DNA of 64,000 bases from Acidimicrobiales bacterium (GCA_049514105.1 JBEKVJ010000001.1:5954-69953); one strand, 5' to 3'. Counted from the stretch's first letter, positions 44,401 through 54,052 are shown. Notes: generated from the sequence alone by a model not told the origin. Numbers and translations: made by a program.

Positions 44401-46094
44401 TATGGCACCTTGAATTCGTTGGCCCTGATCGACGTGACTTCGCCAGTTACTCCGACGGTGGCGGAGAATGTGACGCTTGGTGACGTTACCTCTGTAATCC
44501 CACTGAAGCCGTTGACGGTGAGCTTCCCCGAACCGTCAACGGAGTAGTACCAGCTCCGGAAGTAGGGGTATCCAGCCGACGACGCGAGAGACAGGTTTAG
44601 AGTCGCGATCTGGGTCTCGGAGGGTGGAAGTACTACCGCTGCCGGGGCGCCGGCGGTTGTGGCGGGAATCGTACGAGGAACGATCGCCGCCGAGAAGGTC
44701 GAGATGGTGCCACCACTCGGCGTTGAGTGCCTCAGGGCAGCTATCACGCCGGGCCAGTAGACCTCGTCGTTCACGATCGGGTTGCTGACTGCCGACAAGT
44801 CGACGATCTCGGATCGCTCCTGTTGCACCTTGTTGTACTTCGGTATCTGAATCCTGACCGCCGTGATCTGGTTCTGGAGGCTCGCGACCTGATTCTCCGC
44901 GTCGTGCACCTTGAGGAAGCGGAGGGCACCGAGTGCGACCATGACCAGAACAATGAACACGGCGACGAGCATGAGAGTGCGCTCGAGTTGCTTGCGCTTG
45001 CGCCCCAGGATCACCTCAGGTGGGAGAAGATCGAGCTCCTTGACGTCCTTCGATCCCTGGATCGCAAGACCAACCACAACGGCCACCGAGGCGTCCAAGC
45101 GGCGGATTTCCTCGGTCGGCAGATGGAGTCGCGAGCAGTCGATCTGGTTCAGGACGCTGCCGATGAACACCGGCAGGCGAAGCTGCTGTTGCAGTTGCTC
45201 AGCGAAGCCGTAGAGACGGGACCCGCCACCGGTGATTACGACGCGGCGAACGGGGCTACGACCCGTCAATGTCGCGTAATAGTCGATCGAGCTGCGGAGC
45301 TCGCCAATCAATGACATGGCGGCGTCGCGGGCGGCTCCGATGGCGGTATGAATGTGCGGAGCTGCCCCATCCAGGTTCTGCTTCAACGATTCGGCGTCTG
45401 CAAGGGGCAGGTCAAGTACGCCGGCGATGGCGGCGGTGATCGTGTCGCCACCTTCAGCGATGGTTCTCACGAAGTGCGGGACTCCGTTTTCGTGCACAGC
45501 AACCGTCGTGAGGTCGGCACCGACCGAGACAATTGCCTCAGGGCCATCTATCGCCGTCTCAGTGCTGAAAAGGGCCCGGATTATCGCGGAGGACGTCGGC
45601 TCAATGCTGACCGGGACGAGTCCGGCCGCGGTCGCAACCTCGACCAGGGGATCGACCAAGTCGCGATGGGCCGCTGCCACAAGAACGCGCCTTTCGGGCA
45701 TTCCGTTGGGGCCGACGGTCTCCTCGAGCGGTCGCGCGGAGATGAGAGCCTTGTCGATCGCGAACGGGATGACGTCGAGGGCCTGAAGGCGCACTGCAGA
45801 ATCGATTTCCGCGTCTGGCAGAAGCGGCATCTCGAGCTCTCGGGTTATCGCGCGAAGACCTGCGATTCCCAGATGCACATCCCCGGCGGTGAACCCGCCT
45901 TCTTTCATGCAGCGTTCCAGCGCGACGCGGACGACGCCTTGCTCGAGGATGACTCCATCGATCACGGCCTGCGGAGGAAGAGCCACCTGGCCAAGCCGGA
46001 TCAGCTCTGGGCGCCCATGCCCAGTCACGACTTCGGCCATGCGCACCGCGCTGCTGCTGATTTCGACACTCACGCGCCGCGTAACCATCACCAT
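44400..46094 (-). CDS. pilM: PilM-PilN fusion protein (actin-like ATPase domain + TM/coiled-coil PilN-like domain)
   Basis: 564 aa. Residues 1 to about 350 are PilM-like (...VVITGGGSRLYGFAEQLQQQL...). These are followed by LLPPEVILGRKRKQLERTLMLVAVFIVLVMVALGAL, a coiled coil and a periplasm-type domain as in PilN. The start may be 2 codons downstream. Confidence 0.85.
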   Translation of the reverse strand: MVMVTRRVSVEISSSAVRMAEVVTGHGRPELIRLGQVALPPQAVIDGVILEQGVVRVALERCMKEGGFTAGDVHLGIAGLRAITRELEMPLLPDAEIDSAVRLQALDVIPFAIDKALISARPLEETVGPNGMPERRVLVAAAHRDLVDPLVEVATAAGLVPVSIEPTSSAIIRALFSTETAIDGPEAIVSVGADLTTVAVHENGVPHFVRTIAEGGDTITAAIAGVLDLPLADAESLKQNLDGAAPHIHTAIGAARDAAMSLIGELRSSIDYYATLTGRSPVRRVVITGGGSRLYGFAEQLQQQLRLPVFIGSVLNQIDCSRLHLPTEEIRRLDASVAVVVGLAIQGSKDVKELDLLPPEVILGRKRKQLERTLMLVAVFIVLVMVALGALRFLKVHDAENQVASLQNQITAVRIQIPKYNKVQQERSEIVDLSAVSNPIVNDEVYWPGVIAALRHSTPSGGTISTFSAAIVPRTIPATTAGAPAAVVLPPSETQIATLNLSLASSAGYPYFRSWYYSVDGSGKLTVNGFSGITEVTSPSVTFSATVGVTGEVTSIRANEFKVP

Positions 46095-46326
46095 GCTCCT
46101 GACGCTGAGAATGAACTCGCAGTGTTATCAATATCGAGAATCATGCTAGCTGTTCGCTTTCCGAACGGTTGGGACCCAAATCGACCCCACACTTCGCGTA
46201 AGGCCCTCTACTAACACACTCAACATGCACACAGTTTCCATCGGCTTTCTGGCGACATTTCTTGAGTCGATGAACATCGGCAGTTCCACAGGGCCGTCTT
46301 GAGATTGGCTCCGCATGCAAGCGAGC

Positions 46327-47562
46327 TCAAGCGTTCGGCGACTGGAGAAGCTTGACGTAGTCGAACATCGGCAGGTACAGGCTGATGACGATGGCACCGA
46401 TGCACGCACCCATGAATAGGATGATCAACGGCTCGAGAATCGACGTCAGGCTGTCGACTGTCGCGTTCACCTCGTTGTCGTAGAACGTAGCCACCTTGTC
46501 AAGCATCTCGTCGAGCGCACCCGACTCCTCACCGGTCTCAACCATCTGGGTCAGCATGATGGGCATGACCGGATACTGAGCGAGGATCGTCGAGAGGTTC
46601 TTTCCCTCTCGAACGCCGTCTTGGGCCCCGATCAGCGCATCCGCGACGACCTGGTTACCGGCGTTCACGGCAACTATGTCGAGTGCCTCTATGACCGGCA
46701 CGCCTGCTGAAAGCAAGGACGAGAACGTAGTGCAGAAACGGGCGAGCGCCACCTTGTGCGAGAGCGGACCGAACACAGGTGGCCGCAGCTTGAAGGCGTC
46801 CCACTTTCTCCTGCCGCTCGGCGTCGCGATCCAACGGCGCATCAGGAACACAACCAGCACGATCGTCGCTATGACCGCTAGAAGCCAGACGCTAGCCACC
46901 ACATTCGAGATCGCGATGACGATCCGGGTCGGGAGCGGCAGCTGCCCGTTCAAGGTGGTGAACAGCCTCTTGAAGATCGGGACGATGAAGATCATCATCG
47001 CTGTCACGATCACGATGACGGCACAGAAAACGATCGTCGGATAAGCCATGGCGGAGCGGACCTTCTGGCGGAGCTCGACCTGCTTTTCAAGGGTTGACGA
47101 GAGCTTGAGGAGCACCGAGTCCAGCTGGCCCCCGACCTCTCCGGCTCGAACCATCGCTATGTACAGCGGCGGGAAAATCTTGGGGAGCTTCTCGAGCGAA
47201 GTAGACAATGACGAGCCCTGCTCGACATCTTGGCGCACCTGGAGCATTGCTTCTCGCAGGGGCTTGGACTCGATCTGATCGGCGAGGACGCCGAGAGCCC
47301 TCACGAGCGTCAGCCCTGCCGCAACCATGGTTGCCAGCTGACGGCTCATGAGCGCGACGTCTTTGAGGGCTACGCGGTCGGTGACCCCGGGTATCGTGAT
47401 CTCTCGTCTCAAGTTGAGAGAGACGGGTTTGATCTCGACGGGCGCGTATCCCATGTCCCGCAGGCGTGCCGCGACCAAGGGGACGCTGTCGGCTTCTAGC
47501 TGGCCCTTGACCAGCCTGCCGTCCGCGTCGCGGACCTTGTAGTCATAGGTAGTCGTTGGCAT
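46327..47562 (-). CDS. pilC: Type IV pilus platform protein PilC (GspF family)
   Basis: 411 aa with duplicated GspF-domain architecture (...REAMLQVRQDVEQGSSLSTSLEK... / ...LIGAQDGVREGKNLSTILAQ...) and three TM regions. Confidence 0.9.
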   Translation of the reverse strand: MPTTTYDYKVRDADGRLVKGQLEADSVPLVAARLRDMGYAPVEIKPVSLNLRREITIPGVTDRVALKDVALMSRQLATMVAAGLTLVRALGVLADQIESKPLREAMLQVRQDVEQGSSLSTSLEKLPKIFPPLYIAMVRAGEVGGQLDSVLLKLSSTLEKQVELRQKVRSAMAYPTIVFCAVIVIVTAMMIFIVPIFKRLFTTLNGQLPLPTRIVIAISNVVASVWLLAVIATIVLVVFLMRRWIATPSGRRKWDAFKLRPPVFGPLSHKVALARFCTTFSSLLSAGVPVIEALDIVAVNAGNQVVADALIGAQDGVREGKNLSTILAQYPVMPIMLTQMVETGEESGALDEMLDKVATFYDNEVNATVDSLTSILEPLIILFMGACIGAIVISLYLPMFDYVKLLQSPNA

Positions 47563-47594
47563 GGATCAGTCTCCCAAATCCTGCGACATGATGA

Positions 47595-49469
47595 TCAACG
47601 GTGTCTCAGATAGTCGCGAAGCTCACTTGGATCGTGGCATCGATCGAAGGCCATCGCCTCGGTGATGCTACCTGCTTGGACAGCTTTGGCTAGACCCTGG
47701 TCCATTGTCTGCATACCGTTGGCCGCCCCGGTCTGGATCAGAGAGTAAATCTGGTGTGTCTTCGCGCTCCGGATGAGGTTGCGAATAGCGGGATTGCAGA
47801 GCATCACTTCTGCGACAGGCGTGCGGCCGAACCCGCTGGCGCTCAGCACGAGCTGCTGGGTGACGACGGCTTCCAATGACCCGGCAAGCTGGATTCTTAT
47901 CTGGTCTTGCTGGGCGCTCGGGAAGACGTCAATGATGCGGTCGATCGTCTGAGGAGCGTCCTGGGTGTGCAAGGTGGCGAAGACGAGGTGACCGGTCTCG
48001 GCGGCCGTAAGGGCCGTGGCGATGGTCTCGGTGTCGCGCATCTCGCCAATGAGGATCACGTCAGGGTCCTGACGCAGCACGTGGCGCAACGCCTCGGCGA
48101 ACGACTTCGTATCCGTGCCCACCTCGCGTTGGTTGACGATTGAGCGGTTGTGGGTGTGGAGGAACTCGATCGGGTCCTCGACGGTCACAATGTGGAGCGG
48201 CTTGGACTGGTTGATTATGTTGATCAACGACGCCAGCGTCGTCGACTTTCCAGATCCCGTCGGTCCTGTCACGAGCACGAGGCCTCGGCGCAGCTCCGCG
48301 AGTGTGGGAACGACAGCCGGCAGACCGAGTGTGTCAAAGGGCGGTATCTCGTGGGGGATTGCCCGCATGACAGCGCCGATCGAACCGCGTTGTTGGAAGA
48401 GATTGACCCGAAATCGCCCCACGCCCATGATCGTGTGGGCCGTATCCAGCTCTTTTTCTGCCTCGAACCGCTCACGCAATCCCTGGGTCAGGACCCGATA
48501 GACCATCTCGCGGATCTGCTCGTTGTCGATACGCTGCAGGCCCTCGATCGGTCGAAGGGATCCGTCGATTCGGATAGCCGGAGGAAGCTGGTTGGCCAGA
48601 TGCAAGTCGGATGCACCGTTGCGAACTGCGTAGGTGAGCAGCTCGTCGATGTCTAGCGTGCCATCAGGATTGTACGTGGGCACGAACGGCTCCATGTTTG
48701 GCATGCCGCCGGAACCGCCCGGCAAGTTCGTCCGCCTGACGTCAATGGCATAGTCGCCCTGCCAATCGTCCGCGTCGTAGCGGGGCTCAGCCGAGCCGTT
48801 CGAGGACACGTCGTACCCGATCTGGGCACCGGCCATGACGGGCTCGTGGATCTGCGCCGGCATGCTCGCGACGGGTTCGGGAACTGGTATCAGGCCCGGG
48901 CTGGCAACGACTGTCGAAACTGGCACCGTCGGAAAGGACGTAGTCTGCGGTTCTGGTGCTGCCGGCGGTGGTGTCGGTGCCGGTGTCGCGGCGGTTTCCT
49001 CGCTCGGCGACAGGCGCGGATATACAGCGTTCATGAGATGCTCGAGTGCGATCGGGTCGGCCAGAACACAGCCTGCGACCTCGATTCCCAAGAAAGCGGA
49101 CACTTCGCGTTGCTGGGAGATATCGAGCGGCTCAGCGGCCGCAAGCGTTAGGCATCCGGCTTCAAGCTTGTAACCGATCACCGTCAGCTCGCGGGCGAAA
49201 AGCTCAGGCACGAGACGAAATGCTTCACCCATTGGCCGGCTTGCGGAAATGTCAACAGAGGGGACTCCGGATATCCGGGAGAGCTCAGCCAATGTCGCGG
49301 CCGAGTCCACAAGGCCGCGGTCCGCCAGTACCGCTGCCACGGGTCGTCCGGTCGAACCAGCCTCTGAGAGCATGGCGACGGCGGTATCGCCCTGAACGCG
49401 ACCAGAGCTGACCAAGGTCTCGGCGAGACGCTTGGACCATTCTGTAGGTGACCTGCGGTCGGCGCTCAT
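47595..49469 (-). CDS. PilT-type (retraction-like) hexameric ATPase with about 270-aa N-terminal extension containing a T2SSE_N/GSPII-like domain
   Basis: The C-terminal 350 aa are PilT-like: SDLHLANQLPPAIRIDGSL...LVLVTGPTGSGKSTTLASLINIIN...IVTVEDPIEFLH...DPDVILIGEMRDTETIATALTAAETGHLVFATLHT. The N-terminus (LAETLVSSGRV...VDIS...LVPELFARE...LTLAAAEPLD) resembles the PilB N-domain. It overlaps pilB by 4 nt. Confidence 0.85.
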   Translation of the reverse strand: MSADRRSPTEWSKRLAETLVSSGRVQGDTAVAMLSEAGSTGRPVAAVLADRGLVDSAATLAELSRISGVPSVDISASRPMGEAFRLVPELFARELTVIGYKLEAGCLTLAAAEPLDISQQREVSAFLGIEVAGCVLADPIALEHLMNAVYPRLSPSEETAATPAPTPPPAAPEPQTTSFPTVPVSTVVASPGLIPVPEPVASMPAQIHEPVMAGAQIGYDVSSNGSAEPRYDADDWQGDYAIDVRRTNLPGGSGGMPNMEPFVPTYNPDGTLDIDELLTYAVRNGASDLHLANQLPPAIRIDGSLRPIEGLQRIDNEQIREMVYRVLTQGLRERFEAEKELDTAHTIMGVGRFRVNLFQQRGSIGAVMRAIPHEIPPFDTLGLPAVVPTLAELRRGLVLVTGPTGSGKSTTLASLINIINQSKPLHIVTVEDPIEFLHTHNRSIVNQREVGTDTKSFAEALRHVLRQDPDVILIGEMRDTETIATALTAAETGHLVFATLHTQDAPQTIDRIIDVFPSAQQDQIRIQLAGSLEAVVTQQLVLSASGFGRTPVAEVMLCNPAIRNLIRSAKTHQIYSLIQTGAANGMQTMDQGLAKAVQAGSITEAMAFDRCHDPSELRDYLRHR

Positions 49470-51910
49470 ACGACCACCCGCAGAATTTCCTCCAGGCTCG
49501 TTATGCCGAGCGCTGCTTTGCGCAATCCGTCATGACGCAATGGAACCATCCCCTGTTCGAGGGCTAAATGTTGTATGTCATCGTTCGAGCTGTGGGCGAT
49601 AATTGCCCTCTCGAGTTCTTCGTCAATAAGTAGGAGTTCCTGAAGGGCAATTCGGCCGCGGTACCCCGTTCTGCTGCAGGCCTGGCACCCGACGGCGCGA
49701 CGGAAGCGGACCTTTCCGTTCGGGGGCTCGTCGGCCTCGGTGAACCCGATCAGCTCGAGGTCCTCGGCGGTCGGGGAAAACTCCTCGAAGCAGTTTTCAC
49801 ACAGTTGGCGGGCTAGTCGTTGAGCCAGCACACAGTCCAAGGCCGAGCCGACGAGGAAAGGCTCGACGCCCATTTCGACAAGTCGCATCGGCGTGCCGGC
49901 CGCGTCATTGGTGTGAAGGCTCGAAAGGACCAGGTGGCCTGTGAGAGCTGCCTCGATGGCTATGACAGCAGTCTCGCGGTCTCTGATCTCGCCGACGAGC
50001 ACGACGTCGGGGTCCGAGCGCAGGATCGAGCGCAGGGCGTTAGCGAAGTGAAGGCCCGCCTTCGGGTTCACCTGCACCTGACTCACGCCACGTAGCTGAT
50101 ACTCGACCGGGTCCTCAACTGTGATGAGGTTGCGCTCGGGCGAGTTGAGCGCATTCAAGGTCGCGTAGAGTGTCGTGGACTTGCCTGAGCCAGTCGGTCC
50201 AGTTACGAGGATGGTGCCGTACGCCTTGCGGTAGGCGACCTCGTAACGCTTCTCGACAGTCGGCAGGAAGCCGAGCTGGGACAGCTGCAGGGATGCGCTC
50301 GACTTGTCGAGCACGCGAAGGACGATCTTCTCGCCGTGCACCGTCGGGAGGGTGGCCACGCGCAGGTCGATCTCACGCCGGCCGGCGGTGAGAGTGATGC
50401 GGCCGTCCTGGGGGATCCTGTGCTCTGCAATATCGAGACTCGCCATGACCTTAAGACGCGTCGTCACGCCACCTTGGATTGCCTTGGGGGACCGGGTCAC
50501 CTCGTGCAGCACGCCGTCGATGCGGAACCTGATCCGAAGATCGTCGGAGGTGGGCTCGATGTGGATGTCCGAGGCACGCTCTTGGAGGGCCTGGCGAAGT
50601 ATCAAGTTGACGTACTTGACGATCGGGGCGTCCTCGACGACAGCGTGAAGGTCGGTGAGTTCGGTGATCTTTGTCTCGTCACCGGCGGAGGTCTGCGAAG
50701 CAGCCGTCTGAGCGGCGAGGGTTGTCTCGCGGTCATGGCGATAGACCCGCGACAGGTACTCGGAGATCTGGCCCGCGCTGCACACCACGATGTGGACGTT
50801 GCCGAGCAGGGTGCGCAAGTCGTCGACGGCGAAGACGTCGGACGGGTTTGCCATCCCGATGATCGGCGTATCGCCGCGAAAACCTAGGGCGAGGACGCGG
50901 TGACGGCGCGCCAGCGCCTCGGGAATTAGCTTTGTCGCCTCGGGGTCAAGTGGTTGCTCGTTGAGGTCGACGAACTCCATGCCGCCCTCTGCGGCCGCAG
51001 CTCGTATCAGGTCCTCTTCAGAGACGAGGCCGAGCTCGCTCAAGATGTCGCCGAGAGACCTACCGGTCGCTGCCTGCTCTCTTAGGGCGGCCTCCATCTC
51101 CTCGCGCGTGACCTGGCCCGAGCTCACGAGAAGCTCTGCGAGCGCCGGCGTGCCCTTCTTCTCGATGACCGCAGCGACTTGAGCTGGGGGACTCTCAGCT
51201 TTGGCAGATGCGTTCAGAAGCTCCGAAGCGGCCTGGAGCGCGACCGCGTCCGCCTCCTCCTCGGAAGCCTCTTCGGCCCCGGCTGACTCGAGCGAGACGG
51301 CGAGCTCGGCTGCCTCGTCGGCTCCGAGATCGTCCTCCAAGGACGCAGGATCGGCGTCACTCACCGAGACGGCGCCTTCTGTCTCGGGGGGCGGCTGTAC
51401 CTCGGCGGCATCAGGCGGAGCAGGCGTCGTGGGCTCCTCTGACGCCTCCTCGGGAGCTGGGGGAGCTTCAGCGAGCGCAGTTGCGGACGGGCTCTTCATT
51501 GCGCCGTCCGATGTGCCGCGAAGCGTACGGGGATGAGCACTCGCCGCGTTGGTTTCGCTCCGGGCGTACATGCGCTCGACATAGGCGTCGATCTGAGACT
51601 CACATGCGACAACTGCGTGAATGTCGCGCCCGATCGTCGTGCGAAGGTCGTCCATGGCCATGACATCGTCCGGCCTGCCAACTGCGATGACCGGGGTGCC
51701 GAACTTCCATCCGACCGCCAGCGCGTGGTGACGACGGGCGGCCTGGTGTGGCAGCAATGATGTGGCTGCGGCATTGAGCGGATAGCGCTCGAGATCAACG
51801 TATTCAAGCCCGACCTCTTTCGCGAGAGCACGTGCTTCTGCCACCTCCGCCTTGGAGGGTGACACCTGGCGTCGAGCGGCGGTCGACGTGCTCTGTTCGG
51901 TGGTACTCAT
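49466..51910 (-). CDS. pilB: Type IV pilus extension ATPase PilB (GspE family) with two N-terminal T2SSE_N domains and an acidic linker
   Basis: 814 aa with Walker A ILVTGPTGSGKSTTLYATL and ...DPDVVLVGEIRDRETAVIAIEAALTGHLVLSSLHTN. A C-terminal tetracysteine CENC...CQAC is typical of PilB/GspE. Confidence 0.9.
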   Translation of the reverse strand: MSTTEQSTSTAARRQVSPSKAEVAEARALAKEVGLEYVDLERYPLNAAATSLLPHQAARRHHALAVGWKFGTPVIAVGRPDDVMAMDDLRTTIGRDIHAVVACESQIDAYVERMYARSETNAASAHPRTLRGTSDGAMKSPSATALAEAPPAPEEASEEPTTPAPPDAAEVQPPPETEGAVSVSDADPASLEDDLGADEAAELAVSLESAGAEEASEEEADAVALQAASELLNASAKAESPPAQVAAVIEKKGTPALAELLVSSGQVTREEMEAALREQAATGRSLGDILSELGLVSEEDLIRAAAAEGGMEFVDLNEQPLDPEATKLIPEALARRHRVLALGFRGDTPIIGMANPSDVFAVDDLRTLLGNVHIVVCSAGQISEYLSRVYRHDRETTLAAQTAASQTSAGDETKITELTDLHAVVEDAPIVKYVNLILRQALQERASDIHIEPTSDDLRIRFRIDGVLHEVTRSPKAIQGGVTTRLKVMASLDIAEHRIPQDGRITLTAGRREIDLRVATLPTVHGEKIVLRVLDKSSASLQLSQLGFLPTVEKRYEVAYRKAYGTILVTGPTGSGKSTTLYATLNALNSPERNLITVEDPVEYQLRGVSQVQVNPKAGLHFANALRSILRSDPDVVLVGEIRDRETAVIAIEAALTGHLVLSSLHTNDAAGTPMRLVEMGVEPFLVGSALDCVLAQRLARQLCENCFEEFSPTAEDLELIGFTEADEPPNGKVRFRRAVGCQACSRTGYRGRIALQELLLIDEELERAIIAHSSNDDIQHLALEQGMVPLRHDGLRKAALGITSLEEILRVVV

Positions 51911-52172
51911 TCCCTAATACCATCGGGCGCGCGGGAAGGTTTCTTTATTCGATCATTTTGATCTGTTGCCAACAGGCGCCTCCGTCCCTCCCGTCGAGCC
52001 GCGCGCGGGCGCGCTAAGCGGTCATAGCCGCGCGCTACGCGTTCAGGCTCGCTCGGATAGGGTACGCGAGGCGTAACCGCGGAACAAGCCGGGCAGGAGG
52101 GAAAGCCGTGCATCTGGTCGCAGTTCTCGTGTCGGCGCGAGCCCGTCCGGCCGAGGGGGCAATCGGACCCGG

Positions 52173-52946
52173 ATGTCCCCAACTGTAGAGGCCGTGGCCG
52201 GCGTGTTCGGCCTGGTCATCGGCTCTTTCGTAGGCGTCGTCGTCGACAGGGTCCCCCGTAAGGAGTCGATCGTCTCGCCGCCGTCGCACTGCGTTGCCTG
52301 CTCGGCGCCCATACGCGCCTACGACAACATCCCGGTCGTCTCCTACGTGCTGTTAAGGGGTCGGTGCCGGAGCTGTGGGGCGCATATCCCCCCGCGGGAT
52401 GCGTTGTTGGAAATTGGGACCGGGGCGCTGTTCGTCCTGATGGGCTGGCGACTGGCCTCGGTCTGGGAGTTGCCTGCGTTTTGCCTGCTCGCGGCAAGTT
52501 TCGTGGCGATCTCGGCTATCGATGCCGAACACATGCGAATTCCCTCTCCGATCGTGTACGCGACCGCGGCCCTCGGCGCGCCGCTCCTGGTCGTCGCCTC
52601 GGCTGGCACTCACCGCTGGACGGCGCTGCTCAGCGCGTTGATCGGCGGCGCGGCGGCTTTCGCGGCCTTCTTCGCGCTCTTTTTCGCGGTGCCGAAGGGT
52701 ATCGGCTTCGGCGATGTGCGCCTGGCGGGGCTGTGCGGGGGATTCCTCGGTTGGTTCGGCTACCGCTATGTGGTCGTGGGCTTCCTCGTCGGCTTCATAG
52801 TGGCAGGACTACCTGCTGTGGTTCTGCTCGCGATGCGAAAGGTGCAGCGCCGCACCCAAATTCCTTTCGGCCCGTTCCTGGCAGCCGGGACGATCATCAC
52901 GGTGCTCGTCGGACCCCCGCTTGTTCACGCCTGGGCGAGGATCTGA
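52173..52946 (+). CDS. pilD: Prepilin peptidase (A24 family, PilD)
   Basis: 257 aa with the N-terminal Cys motif PPSHCVACSAPIRAYDNIPVVSYVLLRGRCRSCGAHI and multi-TM A24 aspartyl protease motifs (...AIDAEH..., GIGFGDVRLAG). Confidence 0.9.
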   Translation: MSPTVEAVAGVFGLVIGSFVGVVVDRVPRKESIVSPPSHCVACSAPIRAYDNIPVVSYVLLRGRCRSCGAHIPPRDALLEIGTGALFVLMGWRLASVWELPAFCLLAASFVAISAIDAEHMRIPSPIVYATAALGAPLLVVASAGTHRWTALLSALIGGAAAFAAFFALFFAVPKGIGFGDVRLAGLCGGFLGWFGYRYVVVGFLVGFIVAGLPAVVLLAMRKVQRRTQIPFGPFLAAGTIITVLVGPPLVHAWARI

Positions 52947-52951
52947 TTGGC

Positions 52952-54052
52952 TCAGTACTTGGCGGCAGAGCCGACCAGGCCACGCTTTTGCAGCGCGACG
53001 CGTAGGTCGTGCGGGTTCGATGCTGCTTGAGTCGCCGAGCGAAGGTCGATCGTGCCCTGCTCGAGCAGGGAAACGAGCGCCTGGTCGAAGGTCTGCATGC
53101 CGTAGTACTCGCCCTCGCGGATGATCGAGGTGATGTCGCCGCCCTGTCCCGGCTCGATGATGCACTGCTGGATGCGGCCGTTGGCGATCATGATCTCGAG
53201 TGCTGGCACTCTTCCGGAGCCGTCCGCAGTCGGCACGAGACGCTGGCAAAGCGTGCCCTTAAGCGCCCCTGCCAAGCTAAGACGGGCTTGACGCTGCTGG
53301 GCGGAGGGGAAGAAGTCCACGATCCGGTTAACGGTCTCGACGCAGTCGATCGTATGCAGTGTGGCGAAGACCAAGTGGCCGGTCTCTGCGGCGCTGAGGG
53401 CGGTCTCGACAGTCTCGACGTCGCGCATCTCGCCGACGAGGATGACGTCGGGGTCCTCGCGAAGTGCCGAGCGAAGCGCCACGAGGAAACTCGAGGTGTC
53501 GAAACCCACTTCGCGTTGGCTGACAGCTGAAAGCTCGTCGCGGTGCAGGACCTCAATGGGGTCCTCGATGGTGACTATGTGGCACTCGCGTGTGTGGTTT
53601 ATGTGGTCGATCATTGCGGCGAGAGTGGTCGTCTTGCCGCAGCCTGTCGGACCGGTGACCAGTATCAGGCCACGTTGCTCGTCCGCGAGTCGACGGACCG
53701 CCTCGGGCAGGTTCAACTCGCCGAATGACCGAGCATGGGATCGCACGAGTCTGAAGACCATTCCGATCGTGCTGCGCTGGCGGTAGGCGTTCACGCGGAA
53801 GCGACCGAGGTCCGCAATCGAGTAGGCGAAGTCTGCCTCGTTGGTCTCCTCAAAGTGGTCCCAGGTCCGTTGTTGCATTATTTGTTTGGTGACCTGAACC
53901 ATGTCTTCTGCTTTGATAACGGGCGAATCGGCTATACGAGTCAGGTCGCCGTTGATCCGCATCCTTGGTGGGGAGCCCACTTTCAGGTGCAGATCGGAGC
54001 CATCCGCCGCGGCAAGACGGCGTAGCAAATTATCTAGATCTGAGCGCTCCAT
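52952..54052 (-). CDS. pilT: Type IV pilus retraction ATPase PilT (canonical length)
   Basis: It has SDLHLKVGSPPRMRINGDL...LILVTGPTGCGKTTTLAAMIDHIN...IVTIEDPIEVLH...DPDVILVGEMRDVETVETALSAAETGHLVFATLHT. The start was taken at MERSDLDNLL; the ORF track extends to 54079. Confidence 0.9.
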   Translation of the reverse strand: MERSDLDNLLRRLAAADGSDLHLKVGSPPRMRINGDLTRIADSPVIKAEDMVQVTKQIMQQRTWDHFEETNEADFAYSIADLGRFRVNAYRQRSTIGMVFRLVRSHARSFGELNLPEAVRRLADEQRGLILVTGPTGCGKTTTLAAMIDHINHTRECHIVTIEDPIEVLHRDELSAVSQREVGFDTSSFLVALRSALREDPDVILVGEMRDVETVETALSAAETGHLVFATLHTIDCVETVNRIVDFFPSAQQRQARLSLAGALKGTLCQRLVPTADGSGRVPALEIMIANGRIQQCIIEPGQGGDITSIIREGEYYGMQTFDQALVSLLEQGTIDLRSATQAASNPHDLRVALQKRGLVGSAAKY

